Positions 1 to 10,400 of a DNA stretch of 37,125 nt are shown here, piece after piece. The number at the start of each line of letters is the position of its first letter. The first letter of the stretch is position 1. The translations under genes were made by a program, and so were the position numbers. The notes under the pieces were generated by a model. That model ran no database searches. It was given only the letters and a program-made list of their open reading frames with translations, and was not told the origin of the DNA. Source of the stretch: Pseudomonadota bacterium (GTDB taxonomy: Bacteria > Pseudomonadota > Alphaproteobacteria > RF32 > CAG-239); NCBI GenBank assembly GCA_918234285.1, contig CAKJXZ020000068.1, forward strand, positions 1 to 37,125, read 5' to 3'.

Positions 1-73
1 CCGGCACACTCCCGTGTGCCTCTCAATCGTCGTCGAACTCACTCTTGTGATTTCTTCGCCCCGTCGGATTGCG

Positions 74-113
74 CAATAAAAAAACCTCCCGCTTGGGGAG
101 GATTTTTTTATTG
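74..113 (-). terminator. Intrinsic terminator downstream of the tRNA 3' half (bidirectional architecture)
   Basis: caataaaaaaa-cctccc-gctt-ggggagg-attttttta-ttg: GC stem flanked by A and T tracts, directly after the CCA end on the minus strand. Confidence 0.85.
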
Positions 114-156
114 GCGCGCCCGGCGGGACTCGAACTCACAACCTTCTGATCCGTAG
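112..156 (-). pseudogene. 3' half of tRNA-Arg(ACG); att junction of the island
   Basis: Minus strand reads CTACGGA TCAGA AGGTT GTGAG TTCGAGT CCCGC CGGGCGC GCCA (anticodon loop ACG, T-loop, acceptor strand, CCA). No intact 5' half precedes it, and an integrase lies 180 bp away. Confidence 0.85.
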
Positions 157-247
157 CCACAGTCAGAGGGTTTTACCGACCGGGATTACGATGTCATTTT
201 CTGTTAAAAAGTGTTAAAAGTCAATAGATTAATCGAATTTTTTTATA

Positions 248-277
248 TTGACAACTTTTACTGAGTTGGATTAAATT
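248..277 (+). promoter_or_regulatory. Putative sigma70 promoter of the integrase
   Basis: TTGACA (248-253), 17-18 bp spacer, TTAAAT/TAAATT. Confidence 0.5.
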
Positions 278-287
278 TGATCAAAAA

Positions 288-307
288 CGTGTGACCAGCG
301 TGTGACC
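288..307 (+). repeat. Tandem CGTGTGACC direct repeat, probable integrase arm-type sites
   Basis: CGTGTGACC at 288-296 and 299-307 (11-bp period) between the att core and the integrase start. Confidence 0.55.
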
Positions 308-334
308 GGTACACGAAAATCAGAGGGTTTTAAA

Positions 335-1489
335 ATGGCGCAGAATACAGTTAAGCTGACAAAAACTTTTATTGCAAGTTTACCGATTCCCAAGAAACGG
401 ACCTTTTACCGCGATTCGGTAGAAAATGGTCTGATCTTACAGGTAACCCCTGCCGGAAAGAAAAGTTATTACTTATACAAGCGTGTCAATGGCGAGCCGA
501 TGCGTATATTTTTAGGTGATCTGGAAAAATTACTCACACCGGAAATGGCACGCGAAGCCGCCATTCAGTTGAAAATGAAACTCAACGAAGGAGAACAACC
601 TAATTCGCGCAAATTTGGGAATAAACTGACGTTGGAACAGATTTATAAGGATTTTATGAGCGAAAAAGAAGGAGTTTTGCGCTCGCAAACACTTTATAAT
701 TATAAGAGCCTATGGAATACCAAATTACAGAAAGTCGCTAAAAAGGCTGTCAAAGATATAACTTCGGAGGAATTGAAGGCTTTACATAGAAAAATTACGG
801 CCGAACACGGGAGTTATATTGCTAACCACGCTATTGTTTTGGTACGGACTTTGATAAATTACGCCATCAAGGAAGGAAAGTATAAGAACTTAAATCCTGC
901 GGTTGCCGTCAAACTCAACAAACGAGAAGCACGCGTCAGATACTTAACCCACGAGGAACTGAAAAGATTTATGGATGTTTTGCTTCAATACGATAATATA
1001 ACAACGCGCGACGCCATTTTGATGCTGTTATATACGGGAGCACGCAAGTCAAACGTTCTGACAATGGCATGGGAAGATATAGATATGTCGGCAAAAGTAT
1101 GGAAAATACCACAAACCAAAACCGCCGACAATGTAACGGTAGCTCTTGCGGAACCGGCTATGGATATTTTGAGAGAACGCAAGAAATATGCGGACGATGT
1201 ATGGGTATTCCCTTCTGAAACATCAAAAACCGGACATTTGACTGATATCAAGACGGCTTGGTATGTTTTGATGAAAAAAGCCAATATAAGCAATTTTAGG
1301 GTGCATGACATGCGCCATACTTTAGCTACCTATCTTATTGCCAACGGCGCCGACGCCTTTATGGTAAAACGTGCCCTAACCCACAAAACCATCCAAAGTA
1401 CGCAAGTTTACGTCAATTTGGGTGTTGAGCATCTGCGTGATAAATTGAACGATACCGTCGAAAAGATGATCAAAATCGGCAAAGATTAG
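335..1489 (+). CDS. int: Tyrosine integrase with N-terminal arm-binding domain (P4-like)
   Basis: N-terminal GLILQVTPAGKKSYYLYKR arm-binding signature. Catalytic residues in TGARKSN, TKT, HDMRH, LTHK and QVY. ATG 335 follows a GAGG RBS. Confidence 0.95.
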   Translation: MAQNTVKLTKTFIASLPIPKKRTFYRDSVENGLILQVTPAGKKSYYLYKRVNGEPMRIFLGDLEKLLTPEMAREAAIQLKMKLNEGEQPNSRKFGNKLTLEQIYKDFMSEKEGVLRSQTLYNYKSLWNTKLQKVAKKAVKDITSEELKALHRKITAEHGSYIANHAIVLVRTLINYAIKEGKYKNLNPAVAVKLNKREARVRYLTHEELKRFMDVLLQYDNITTRDAILMLLYTGARKSNVLTMAWEDIDMSAKVWKIPQTKTADNVTVALAEPAMDILRERKKYADDVWVFPSETSKTGHLTDIKTAWYVLMKKANISNFRVHDMRHTLATYLIANGADAFMVKRALTHKTIQSTQVYVNLGVEHLRDKLNDTVEKMIKIGKD

Positions 1490-1575
1490 GTTTATTTTCA
1501 TTATTTGTTTATTAGTATAACTACGATTTAGCCAATTAAAATAAACTTGACACAGATTTATAAAGGAATACCGAC

Positions 1576-2514
1576 ATGGCAAAGACATATAACAAAGAAA
1601 AGCATTTTGATGCAGATTATTTCCGTGCAAAAGGTGTAGCGTATTTTGATATGCTCGATTTCAGCAACGTCAGCAATGAAGAGATTCGCCAAATTGCAAC
1701 CAGCGGTTTTCCGGAAATTGAGTTCTATCAGTGCATTTTCAAGGATTTGGATTTAAGCGAAACAAGATTCATTTCGGATATCAGATTTACGGAATGCGAG
1801 TTTTCGGGTAACACAAGCTTTGAAAAGTGTATATTTCAAGAGGAAGCATCGTTTATACGTTCGGTTTTCAACGGGGTTACAAATTTTGACAATGTGATTT
1901 ATAAAAAAGGATTATCTTTTTATCGCATTCGTACCAAACCGGCTAAAGATGGTTATTTCTACTTTCGGGGCGAAGAAGTTCGCGTTAATAAAGATTACGA
2001 CCATCACGATATTGATTTTCGTGGCGCAATGTTTGAAACGGAAGTTTCATTTCTTGGTAGCCAGTTTTTAGGAAATACAGATTTTCAAGACGCCGTATTC
2101 AAGAATAAGTTCTGGTTCACAAATGTTGATTTCGGGCTTAAAACCAATATAGAGGTAAAGTTTGATTGTGACGGGTTTAAGAATATTGATATGTGCTACC
2201 GTATCTTGAAAGATGCTTTAATGCGTAAGAATTACACTCTGCAAAGTTATGCCATTGAACGTTTGGAAGAAAAAATAAGGCAAAAGCAACGCAAAGATGA
2301 TGATTTTGAGCCAAAAGAGCCGAAACATAAGCAACCATCGGAACTTTTAACCACGGAAGAAGCCGCCGCGTATTTGAAACTAAAGCCGAATACATTGGAG
2401 CGCTGGCGTAGCCAATATCCGCACCGCTTACCGTTTGTTAAAATCGGTCGTACGGTAAAATATCGTTTGGAAGACTTGCAGGCGTTTATATCCGGTAACT
2501 GGCAGGGTTCATAG
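1576..2514 (+). CDS. Pentapeptide-repeat protein fused to a C-terminal excisionase-like HTH (HTH_17/AlpA type)
   Basis: Phe-periodic repeats (FSGNTSFEKCIFQEEASFIRSVFNGVTNF; FRGAMFETEVSFLGSQFLGNTDFQDAVF). C-terminus LLTTEEAAAYLKLKPNTLERWR...PFVKIGRTVKYRLEDL. Confidence 0.8.
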   Translation: MAKTYNKEKHFDADYFRAKGVAYFDMLDFSNVSNEEIRQIATSGFPEIEFYQCIFKDLDLSETRFISDIRFTECEFSGNTSFEKCIFQEEASFIRSVFNGVTNFDNVIYKKGLSFYRIRTKPAKDGYFYFRGEEVRVNKDYDHHDIDFRGAMFETEVSFLGSQFLGNTDFQDAVFKNKFWFTNVDFGLKTNIEVKFDCDGFKNIDMCYRILKDALMRKNYTLQSYAIERLEEKIRQKQRKDDDFEPKEPKHKQPSELLTTEEAAAYLKLKPNTLERWRSQYPHRLPFVKIGRTVKYRLEDLQAFISGNWQGS

Positions 2515-2544
2515 AAAAAGGGAGCATTAAAGCTCCCTTCTTTT
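2513..2544. terminator. Bidirectional intrinsic terminator between convergent genes
   Basis: agaaaaagggagc-attaaa-gctcccttcttttt. Confidence 0.8.
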
Positions 2545-2557
2545 GTTGGCGTTGTTT

Positions 2558-3031
2558 TCAGTTTTGTCCGTCTATGATGTAAACCAAATCATCAGGTGCA
2601 AAAGGACATTTGTTATCGTCGGTGTAATAAAATTTATACCCCGGTAAAACGTATGCCGCTGCATCTGCATATTCGTCAATCACTGTTTTATAAGGAACTA
2701 CACACGACACATTCTTGTTTATGTAGCGTCCCCCAAAAACACAGTTATCAAAATGAGCGGAATCTTTTTGGTATACTTTACCATCAAATCCAAGACGAAA
2801 TCCGTTAGAATCCATATATTCCGATACTTTTTCATCAAAACTAAAATCTTCACCGTCTATGCTTTCTGTGATTTCATCCTTGTAATCAGCGATAAACTCC
2901 TCGAGAGTGTCATAAGTTTTTACCCATTTTCCCGAGTAATCATCTTTTGCAGGATAATCATAGGTCAAAGCTTCCATAACTTCTTCAACATCAGGATAAT
3001 CCTTAACTCTTGCGATAACTAAGTAATGCAT
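2558..3031 (-). CDS. Hypothetical protein, paralogue of 3052-3612
   Basis: Start reassigned to MHYLVIARVKDYP behind a GAAAGGAGG RBS. Shares N-terminal, internal and C-terminal motifs with its neighbour. Confidence 0.8.
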   Translation of the reverse strand: MHYLVIARVKDYPDVEEVMEALTYDYPAKDDYSGKWVKTYDTLEEFIADYKDEITESIDGEDFSFDEKVSEYMDSNGFRLGFDGKVYQKDSAHFDNCVFGGRYINKNVSCVVPYKTVIDEYADAAAYVLPGYKFYYTDDNKCPFAPDDLVYIIDGQN

Positions 3032-3051
3032 GTCATTCCTCCTTTCAAAAG

Positions 3052-3612
3052 TTACCAATTACAATACGTGTAGCCGTCAAGAACCCAAACTTCGTCATCA
3101 TCTTCAAATGGGCACTCAACATCACGATGGTTTGTAAAACGACATTCGTAGTCCGGCAGAACAAAAACATCAACTTTACCGAATTTAGCGATAACATCTT
3201 TGTATTTTGCCTTTTGTTCTTCTGTTCCCATGTCGTACTTTTCGCCAGGGATGATGTAATCAAAGTGTCCGGAAACCTTGGCATAAACATCGTCATTTTC
3301 ATCATCTACCCAAAAACCGTGCTCAAGAATGAACTGTTTCCGCTTTTGATTAAGTTCCTCGTTGGTGTATTTTTTACTTTCACAAGGCACGTCTTTACCA
3401 TAATTGCCAAGCATTTCATAAAACAATGTCATACTGAGCTTGGGAAACATAAAAGAATATTTCCAAAAAGACGGAAATTCACCGATTATGTTTTCCCATT
3501 TGCCATTTCCCAAGTCCATTTTACCAATAATGTCGGTTTGCCTTGTTAAACCACTGATGAGTTTATTATCATTCGGATAGTCCTTAACTTTTGCCACAAC
3601 TAAGTAATGCAT
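3052..3612 (-). CDS. Hypothetical protein, paralogue of 2558-3031
   Basis: MHYLVVAKVKDYP start with a GAAAGGAGG RBS; 186-aa ORF. Confidence 0.8.
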   Translation of the reverse strand: MHYLVVAKVKDYPNDNKLISGLTRQTDIIGKMDLGNGKWENIIGEFPSFWKYSFMFPKLSMTLFYEMLGNYGKDVPCESKKYTNEELNQKRKQFILEHGFWVDDENDDVYAKVSGHFDYIIPGEKYDMGTEEQKAKYKDVIAKFGKVDVFVLPDYECRFTNHRDVECPFEDDDEVWVLDGYTYCNW

Positions 3613-3627
3613 AGTCGCCTCCTTTCC

Positions 3628-4140
3628 TTAAAGTGTTTCGTAACGCGGAACATAAACCGATTTTGTTTCGATGGTGTCGTCAAATCTGACTTGCATCGGA
3701 TTTGGCTGTCTGTTTTCCGTCACCGCGAAAGATGCACGCTTTTTCTCACGACGTTTGGCATTGCTTTCTTGCTTGCGGCGATATGCCTTTTCCTTTTCTC
3801 CGGCAATAAAGTTGATGATTTCCTCATCAAAATCGCCTTGCTTAACGCTTTCATAAAAGTCAGACAAGAACTCAAGCTTCTGCTGGTCGTTCAGATACTC
3901 CAAAGAGTAGCGTACAATCCGCTTGCCGCCTAAACGAAGCGTGAAAACAGAGTTGCTTTCGCCGTCAATAATCAGCTTGTTCATGCGGTTAGAGAGGTTC
4001 CACGAGTGATTTTTGAAGTGAATCATATTCTGATCCAACAAGTTCAAAATACGGCGTTTGTAACCGTCTAAAGAAAGTTGGCTTTCATCTTTGGTGGTTT
4101 CCAATTTGGTTGCGTTATATTTGTTCAAAAAGTTTTTCAT
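3628..4140 (-). CDS. Hypothetical protein, possibly DUF6641-like
   Basis: ATG 4140 with a GAAAGGA RBS. KRRILNLLDQ, FTLRLGGKRI and SVKQGDFDEEI resemble DUF6641 motifs as I recall them; family call tentative. Confidence 0.6.
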   Translation of the reverse strand: MKNFLNKYNATKLETTKDESQLSLDGYKRRILNLLDQNMIHFKNHSWNLSNRMNKLIIDGESNSVFTLRLGGKRIVRYSLEYLNDQQKLEFLSDFYESVKQGDFDEEIINFIAGEKEKAYRRKQESNAKRREKKRASFAVTENRQPNPMQVRFDDTIETKSVYVPRYETL

Positions 4141-4384
4141 TTTAGTATTCCTTTCGTAAAAAAATCCAAGAGCACCATTGCTCTCTGATTTAACTTTTGC
4201 ATGGGAAAACAATAACTTCCAGAATATTGAAAATAAAAATTTTTTGAGTTTTACCGAGTTTTATCAAGTTTTATTTGCTTGTGTTTTGTTTTATAGCATT
4301 TTGAACCAAACTGCGCGAATCGGTATCCGAATCGGCATTTTCGATTCGGATTTGAGTAATTTTGTTTTATATTGGATAGAACAT

Positions 4385-4420
4385 AAAAAAATCCCCGACA
4401 GATTGCTCTATCGGGGATTT
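4385..4420 (-). terminator. Terminator of the autotransporter gene
   Basis: Minus strand aaatccccgataga-gcaa-tctgtcggggattttttt. Confidence 0.85.
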
Positions 4421-4439
4421 GTTACAACAAGTAGATGTA

Positions 4440-7400
4440 TTAGAAGTTATATTTTGCTTTCAGCATTCCGGTGTGGCTGAGGTAATCTTTGCGAGCACCT
4501 AAATCATACTCGGCAGAGAATTCCCAGTTGCCGATACCGTATTCAATACCGACACCGCCTTCAACACCGAAGCGGTTAAGTTTCTTGCCTTCCACATTAT
4601 AAACACCGTTACCTACATTAACCGTAGCATTTGAATCATCGCTCAAAATGTCATAAGTTAAAGCAACGTGCGCTTTCGGCGACCATGTTTGGTCTTTTGC
4701 GGTAACCGTTGTGGAGTAGTTCATACCCATTGAAGCGGTAAGAACATCAATACCATCGGTCTTAACGTGTTGTCCGACGCTATCGGTATAATTTCTGCGT
4801 TCAATACGGGTTATACGCAAGCCTGCTTCCGGCGTAAAGCCATTCGGCAAATCATAGCCGACAAATGCTCTCGCACCGTAGTTATGGACATCATATTCAG
4901 CTTTGTTGGCAACACCGGCAATGTTGGCTTTTTCTTCGTATTCGGCAAAGCCATAGTGTGCCAAACCTCTGACATACCATGCCGACGGCTGATATTTGCC
5001 GTAAATGTAAACGGTATGGCCGTTAACGTCCATATCACGTCCGGCCGAATCAACATCGGTTTTGCCGTAAGCATAGCCGATACCGACCGTTGTCTTATCG
5101 CTGATTTCGCCATCCAAACCTAAAGCAATGCCCTTTGTCTTGCCGGTAAAGCCTTGGTTCTTATCGTTCTTATCTTGCTTGGAGTGGTTGTAAAGCATTT
5201 GAATCCAAGCACCGCGCTTAGCAAACATATCGCCGGAACTCAAACCTTTTTGTTGCTGACGGGCTTCAATTTGCTCACTAACAAGGTTGTTAAAGTCTTG
5301 CGTCAAGCCGACGTGTGCCATTGAATCGCTTGGTGCTAAGTCGGTCAAAGCCTTAACATAACCTTTTTCGTCGTGTTGCGACAATTCGTTCAACACATCT
5401 TGCACTTCTGCGGCTTTTGAACCTGCGGCAAACGTTGTTTCGTCCCAAGTTTCACCGGTTGCGATATTGTTGCCCGAACCGCCGGCTTCATTGATAATAT
5501 CTGCCACCGAAGCAAAGTTGGTAATCACAAACTTGCCGTCTTTATCTGCTGCCAGTTTGTAGCGGTTATTGGACATCATCTCAGCAAATTCGCCGGTTGT
5601 GGCACCGCTGACATTGATAATATCCAAAGCACCGGTAGAAGTCTTTTTCGCAATCAAATTCGGCGCAACCGTGAGCGAAAGTTTGGAATCCTTGCCCAAA
5701 TTCAAGCTTGTTGCGTTAATCTGACCGCCGGTGTATTTGTCGGAACCTGCCGCAATATCGGTAATTTCAAGTTTAACCGTACCGTCAATCGTGGTGTCGC
5801 CCAAATCAACACTGTTTGTACCGACATCAAGTGAAGCACCTTTGGCCACATTCGCCGAAGCCGTCTTCACGTCTGCCTTATCGCTGACCGTAACATCGCC
5901 TTTAACTTTAAGTGCACCACCAGCTACCTTGTTGTTAATTGTGCCACCGGTTACGGCATAGGTGCCGCTGTTGTTAACATCGCCGCTGATATTGTCGGCA
6001 TTTGCGGTCAAACTCTTGCCGGTATTAATGGTAATATCATTGGCCACTTTGGCTTTGCTTTGAACATTACCTTTGATAACCGTTTCACCGTTTCCGGTGA
6101 CGTCTTTACCGATAGTTCCACCGGTTACGTCATAAGTACCGTTGTTGGAAATCGGAGCATCAACATTATCGGCATTGGTTTCTAAAGCCGCGCCGCTCTT
6201 GATGTTGAGTTTCTTTTGCGCCAATTTTGCCGCTACCTTGGTTTCGCCGTCGGTAATGTTAGTTGTGCCGTCGCCGCCGATACCGGATTCAATGTTGTTA
6301 GTACCGGACAAGTTCATTGTAGAGCCGTTGTTTATCGCTGCCTTTGAATTTTCCGCCACCTCAACATCTTTTAGGGTAACCGTGCCGGATTCATTATTAA
6401 TCAACGCGCCGTCCGCGGCTTTGGCACCGGTAATCTTAACCGTATCCAATACTACTTCGGCGCCTTCGCCCACTTCAAAACCTTTCTTGCCTTTGAGGTC
6501 AATGGTCGAAGTATTTTCGCCATCGGTTGCACCTTGAACCGTCAACTTGCCGGCCGCCGTTGTGCCTAAATCTTCCGATACATTATGGGTTGCATTGGCA
6601 TCAGATGTTACAAACTTTCTTTCGGTTGCGCCAAATTGCGTTGTTTTGTTCAATAAGGCCAACGTATCGCCCTCGGTAGTTTCTTCCACCAGAGTTTCCG
6701 GACCGGTTGTTTCGGTGTAGCGCAATCCCTGATGGTATAGCGTATAAGAATCTGCCGCATAAGTTTCTAACTTTTTAACCGTTTCGGTTTCATACTTTCT
6801 GGTATTGAAAGTATCATCCCACGATGCTGTGGCAGTCAAATCATCACTTTCATAGCGGGTAGAAATTTCGGTTTTGTTGTATTTTGCCGTTACCGCGTCA
6901 TCAAGCAACAGTGAACGATGATAAACATCTCCCTTTAGAATTTGGGCTTCAAACGGTTTCAATTCGCCGATAATATTCAAATCGGTAACAGTAAGCGTAT
7001 CGGTATTGCTGCTTCCCGGACCCGTGCCGGTTGCATAAAATACATCGCTTTTAACCGTTGCACCGCTCAAATCAACATCAAGCGTTAAATTGCCGGTTCC
7101 AATGGTTTTATTTGAGCTTACCCACAGCGTATCTATCTGATTGTTTTTCATATCAAGCGTGCCACCGTTCGGATCAATCATACTGCTGGTATAAATTGTT
7201 TTATCACCAACGCCGGAAGCATCAATTTTTAAGGTGCCATCAATTTTAATAACCCCTTGCGGCGAAGATGAGGTATTGCCTTTATAAATGCTCTTATTTA
7301 AGGTTCCGCTCAAAAGCAATGTTCCTCTGTTGTTAATGGTGCCGGTAACATTTTCTACCGCTGTTTTAACCGTACCTTTATCCGTCGCCAGAAGATTATG

Positions 7401-10400
7401 GATTGTACCGGTGTTTTCCAGATAGGCCTCACTATCTCCTGCGCCGATAACAATAAAGCCGTCACCGCTGATAGTGCCGCTGTTGGTCAAATTTCCGTTA
7501 TACACATTCAGTTGTCCGTTAATCTGCACCGTGCCTTTATTATCAAAAGCCGTTTGTATACTGGAATAGCCGTTACCTAAGATTAAGGTTGCACCTTCGG
7601 CCACATTTAGCTCGTTTTGATAATACATAGCTCCGCTAACGGTTGTGGTGCCGCCGTTAACGTTAACAACTCTAGTGCCATCGTCATACCAACTTATATA
7701 ATTGACTGTATTGGTGCCGTCCAAATTCAAGGTACCGTCATTGATAACATCGGTATAATCTTGTGTGGCAAACGACACATTTTTCAGATTCAAATTGCCT
7801 TGATTTCTGATTGCCGGTGATATATTTTGGAATGTTACATTTTCAATACTCAATGTTTGACCGGCAGAAGTTCTTATATAGCTGTATGTACCACCGCCGT
7901 CTATAACGTGGTCTTGCCCGAAAATAGTGAAATTACGACTATCTCCGGCCAATGTTCCCTGACCGTCTTCATCAAACGTAAAATCTGAACCCATGGTATA
8001 TGAACTCACCGTTGCATCAGCTATTGCCGTAGCCAAATTAGAACCTAACGCAGTACGCGATACTTCTAAATATCCGAAATAATCGCTAAGAGTAAATGTA
8101 TATTTGTAATTATCATCGGCAACTATCAGTTTGGTATTATCTTCCGGATTAGACGTTGTAACAATTATATCGTCTGAAGGGGAGGTTAAGAACTGAGTAT
8201 AGGTTGCGTTACCATCAGCCAAAACTTTAATTGAGTTCAATACAATATTACCGCTGGCGCTGCTATTACCAATATACATCCGGTCTATTGTACCCTCTCC
8301 GTTATAGTCGAGATTAAGTGATAAATTTGCTGTGCCGTTATAATTGCTGACACTCAAAATATCACCGGCATTGTTGTTTTGCAAATCAAGCGTTGTGTTG
8401 CCTGAAACCGTCATATTTCTTAAATTGACGGTTGCGGCATCAGTGCCGAGTTTTACCGTTCCGCCGCCGAGTGTTGTGTTCAATTTTGTGGTATCAACGA
8501 TTAATGCCCCGTTAAATTCCACCGTCCCGCCGTGATAATTCTCATCAGTATTGATGTTTAAATTCACCGACGTATAACTTTCAGACGACAGATAAATATC
8601 ATCATTAATTGTAATTGCTTTGTCGGTATTGGCGTTCAAGCCTAATGTTCCGGAGGTAACATAAATACCGTAATCTGTACCTTCCGGAGTTCCGGTAGTA
8701 TTATTATTAGTGAATGCAACATTTTTATCTTTGGCAATAATATTGGTCGTTCCCGCATAACCATATATTGCACCGCCGTGCTGAGTTGCTTTGTTGCCGG
8801 TAAATGATGAATCGACAATATTTAATGTGCCGCTGTTATAAATGGCGCCACCATAATATGCTGCCGAGTTGTTTTCAAAATCAGCCGTCAACGTATTGAT
8901 TGTGCCACTGTTGTAAAGCGCACCACCGCTAGAATCATTTGATGAATTATTTTCAAATTTTCCGGTTAAAGAGCCAATGGTTATGTTATAGTAATTATAG
9001 ACTGCACCGCCGGAGCTATTTTCTGCCGTATTACCAATAAAATCAGCGGCAATCGTGTTAATTGTCATTTTCTTACCCGCTTCGTCATAGACATTGGTAT
9101 CAATAGCACCGCCGTAATATTTCGCGTAGTTATTTTCAAACTTTCCGGTTATTGAATCAATTACCGGATCAATCTGACTATACTCATCTCCCCCGATAAA
9201 AATTGCACCACCGTCATTTGCGCGATTGCCGATAAAATTGCCGGCGATAGAGCTGATATTACTGTTTATGCTGTAAATCGCACCGCCGCCGTATCCTTCG
9301 GTTTGGTTGTTAATAAAGTTACCGCTGATGGAACCGATGGTTGCGGCTGAAGCATAAGAAGAATTTCCTACGCCGTTATAAATCGCACCGCCGCCGGAAG
9401 TTGCATGGTTGTTAATAAAATTACCGGTAATTGAATTAATGGTACTGCCTCTATAATTATAAATTGCACCACCCTTTTTGGATGTATTACCGATATAATC
9501 GCCTTTTATAGCTTGAATTTGCCCACCGTTATAAATCGCACCGCCTGATATGTGTGCCTTGTTGCCGATAAAATCACCGGTCAAATGAGAAATGGTCCCC
9601 CAGTTCTTTATGGCACCGCCATCGCCGTCATTAATGGTTTTATTGCCGATGAAATTAGCGTTAATCGTGGTTATTAAGTCAGCATCGTACGAAATATAAA
9701 ATACACCGGCGTCGCCGCTATTCGTATGACCGATATAATTACCGTTGATATCCTTTATGTATTTCCAAAGATCAACACGGGAACCGCCAATATAATCTCC
9801 CGCAAAATTATACGGATCTTCCTTTGTTCCCGCACCGGTTCTGGTACCAGTTGTGGTTACTAATGCCGAATCATCCGAATTGGTTACCGTTAGTATGTGA
9901 TTTTCATTATCCCACGTGTATTTGAAAAGGTGGTCATAATGGCTGTCATCGGTATAACTTTTCTTTAATATATCAACATAAAAAGTTTGATCATTATAGG
10001 AAACCGGCATTAACCCCGTATTTGTCTTTGTCCACTTATATATGCTGTTCACGCCGTTTGTTCTCTTTGTCCAGTTGACCGGATCGGCAAAACTCAAGAT
10101 ACCGGTTGTTTTATTATAACCTACCGTAGTGTAAATCCCCGAATCAAAGTTATTTGCCAACTTTACTAATCCTTTCAGATAACCATCGGCAATTTGTACT
10201 TCACCGCTTTCGGCACTGTCATTCATAAAATTCAGCGCCGACAAATACACATAATTAGTATTATCCAAATCGGCTGTAATTTTATCCGCCGTTATTGTTT
10301 CACCGGCATCAACGTCAATTACCAGATTAAATGCGTCCAGATTGTTAATCGTGTTTGCAAATGACAGCGTGTCAATGTTATTATTGGCAATATTAAGTGT

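Noticed and set aside
112-195. Intact or intron-containing tRNA-Arg
   Set aside because: The sequence 5' of the anticodon cannot pair with the acceptor 3' strand or form a D-stem, and the loop has 6 extra nt
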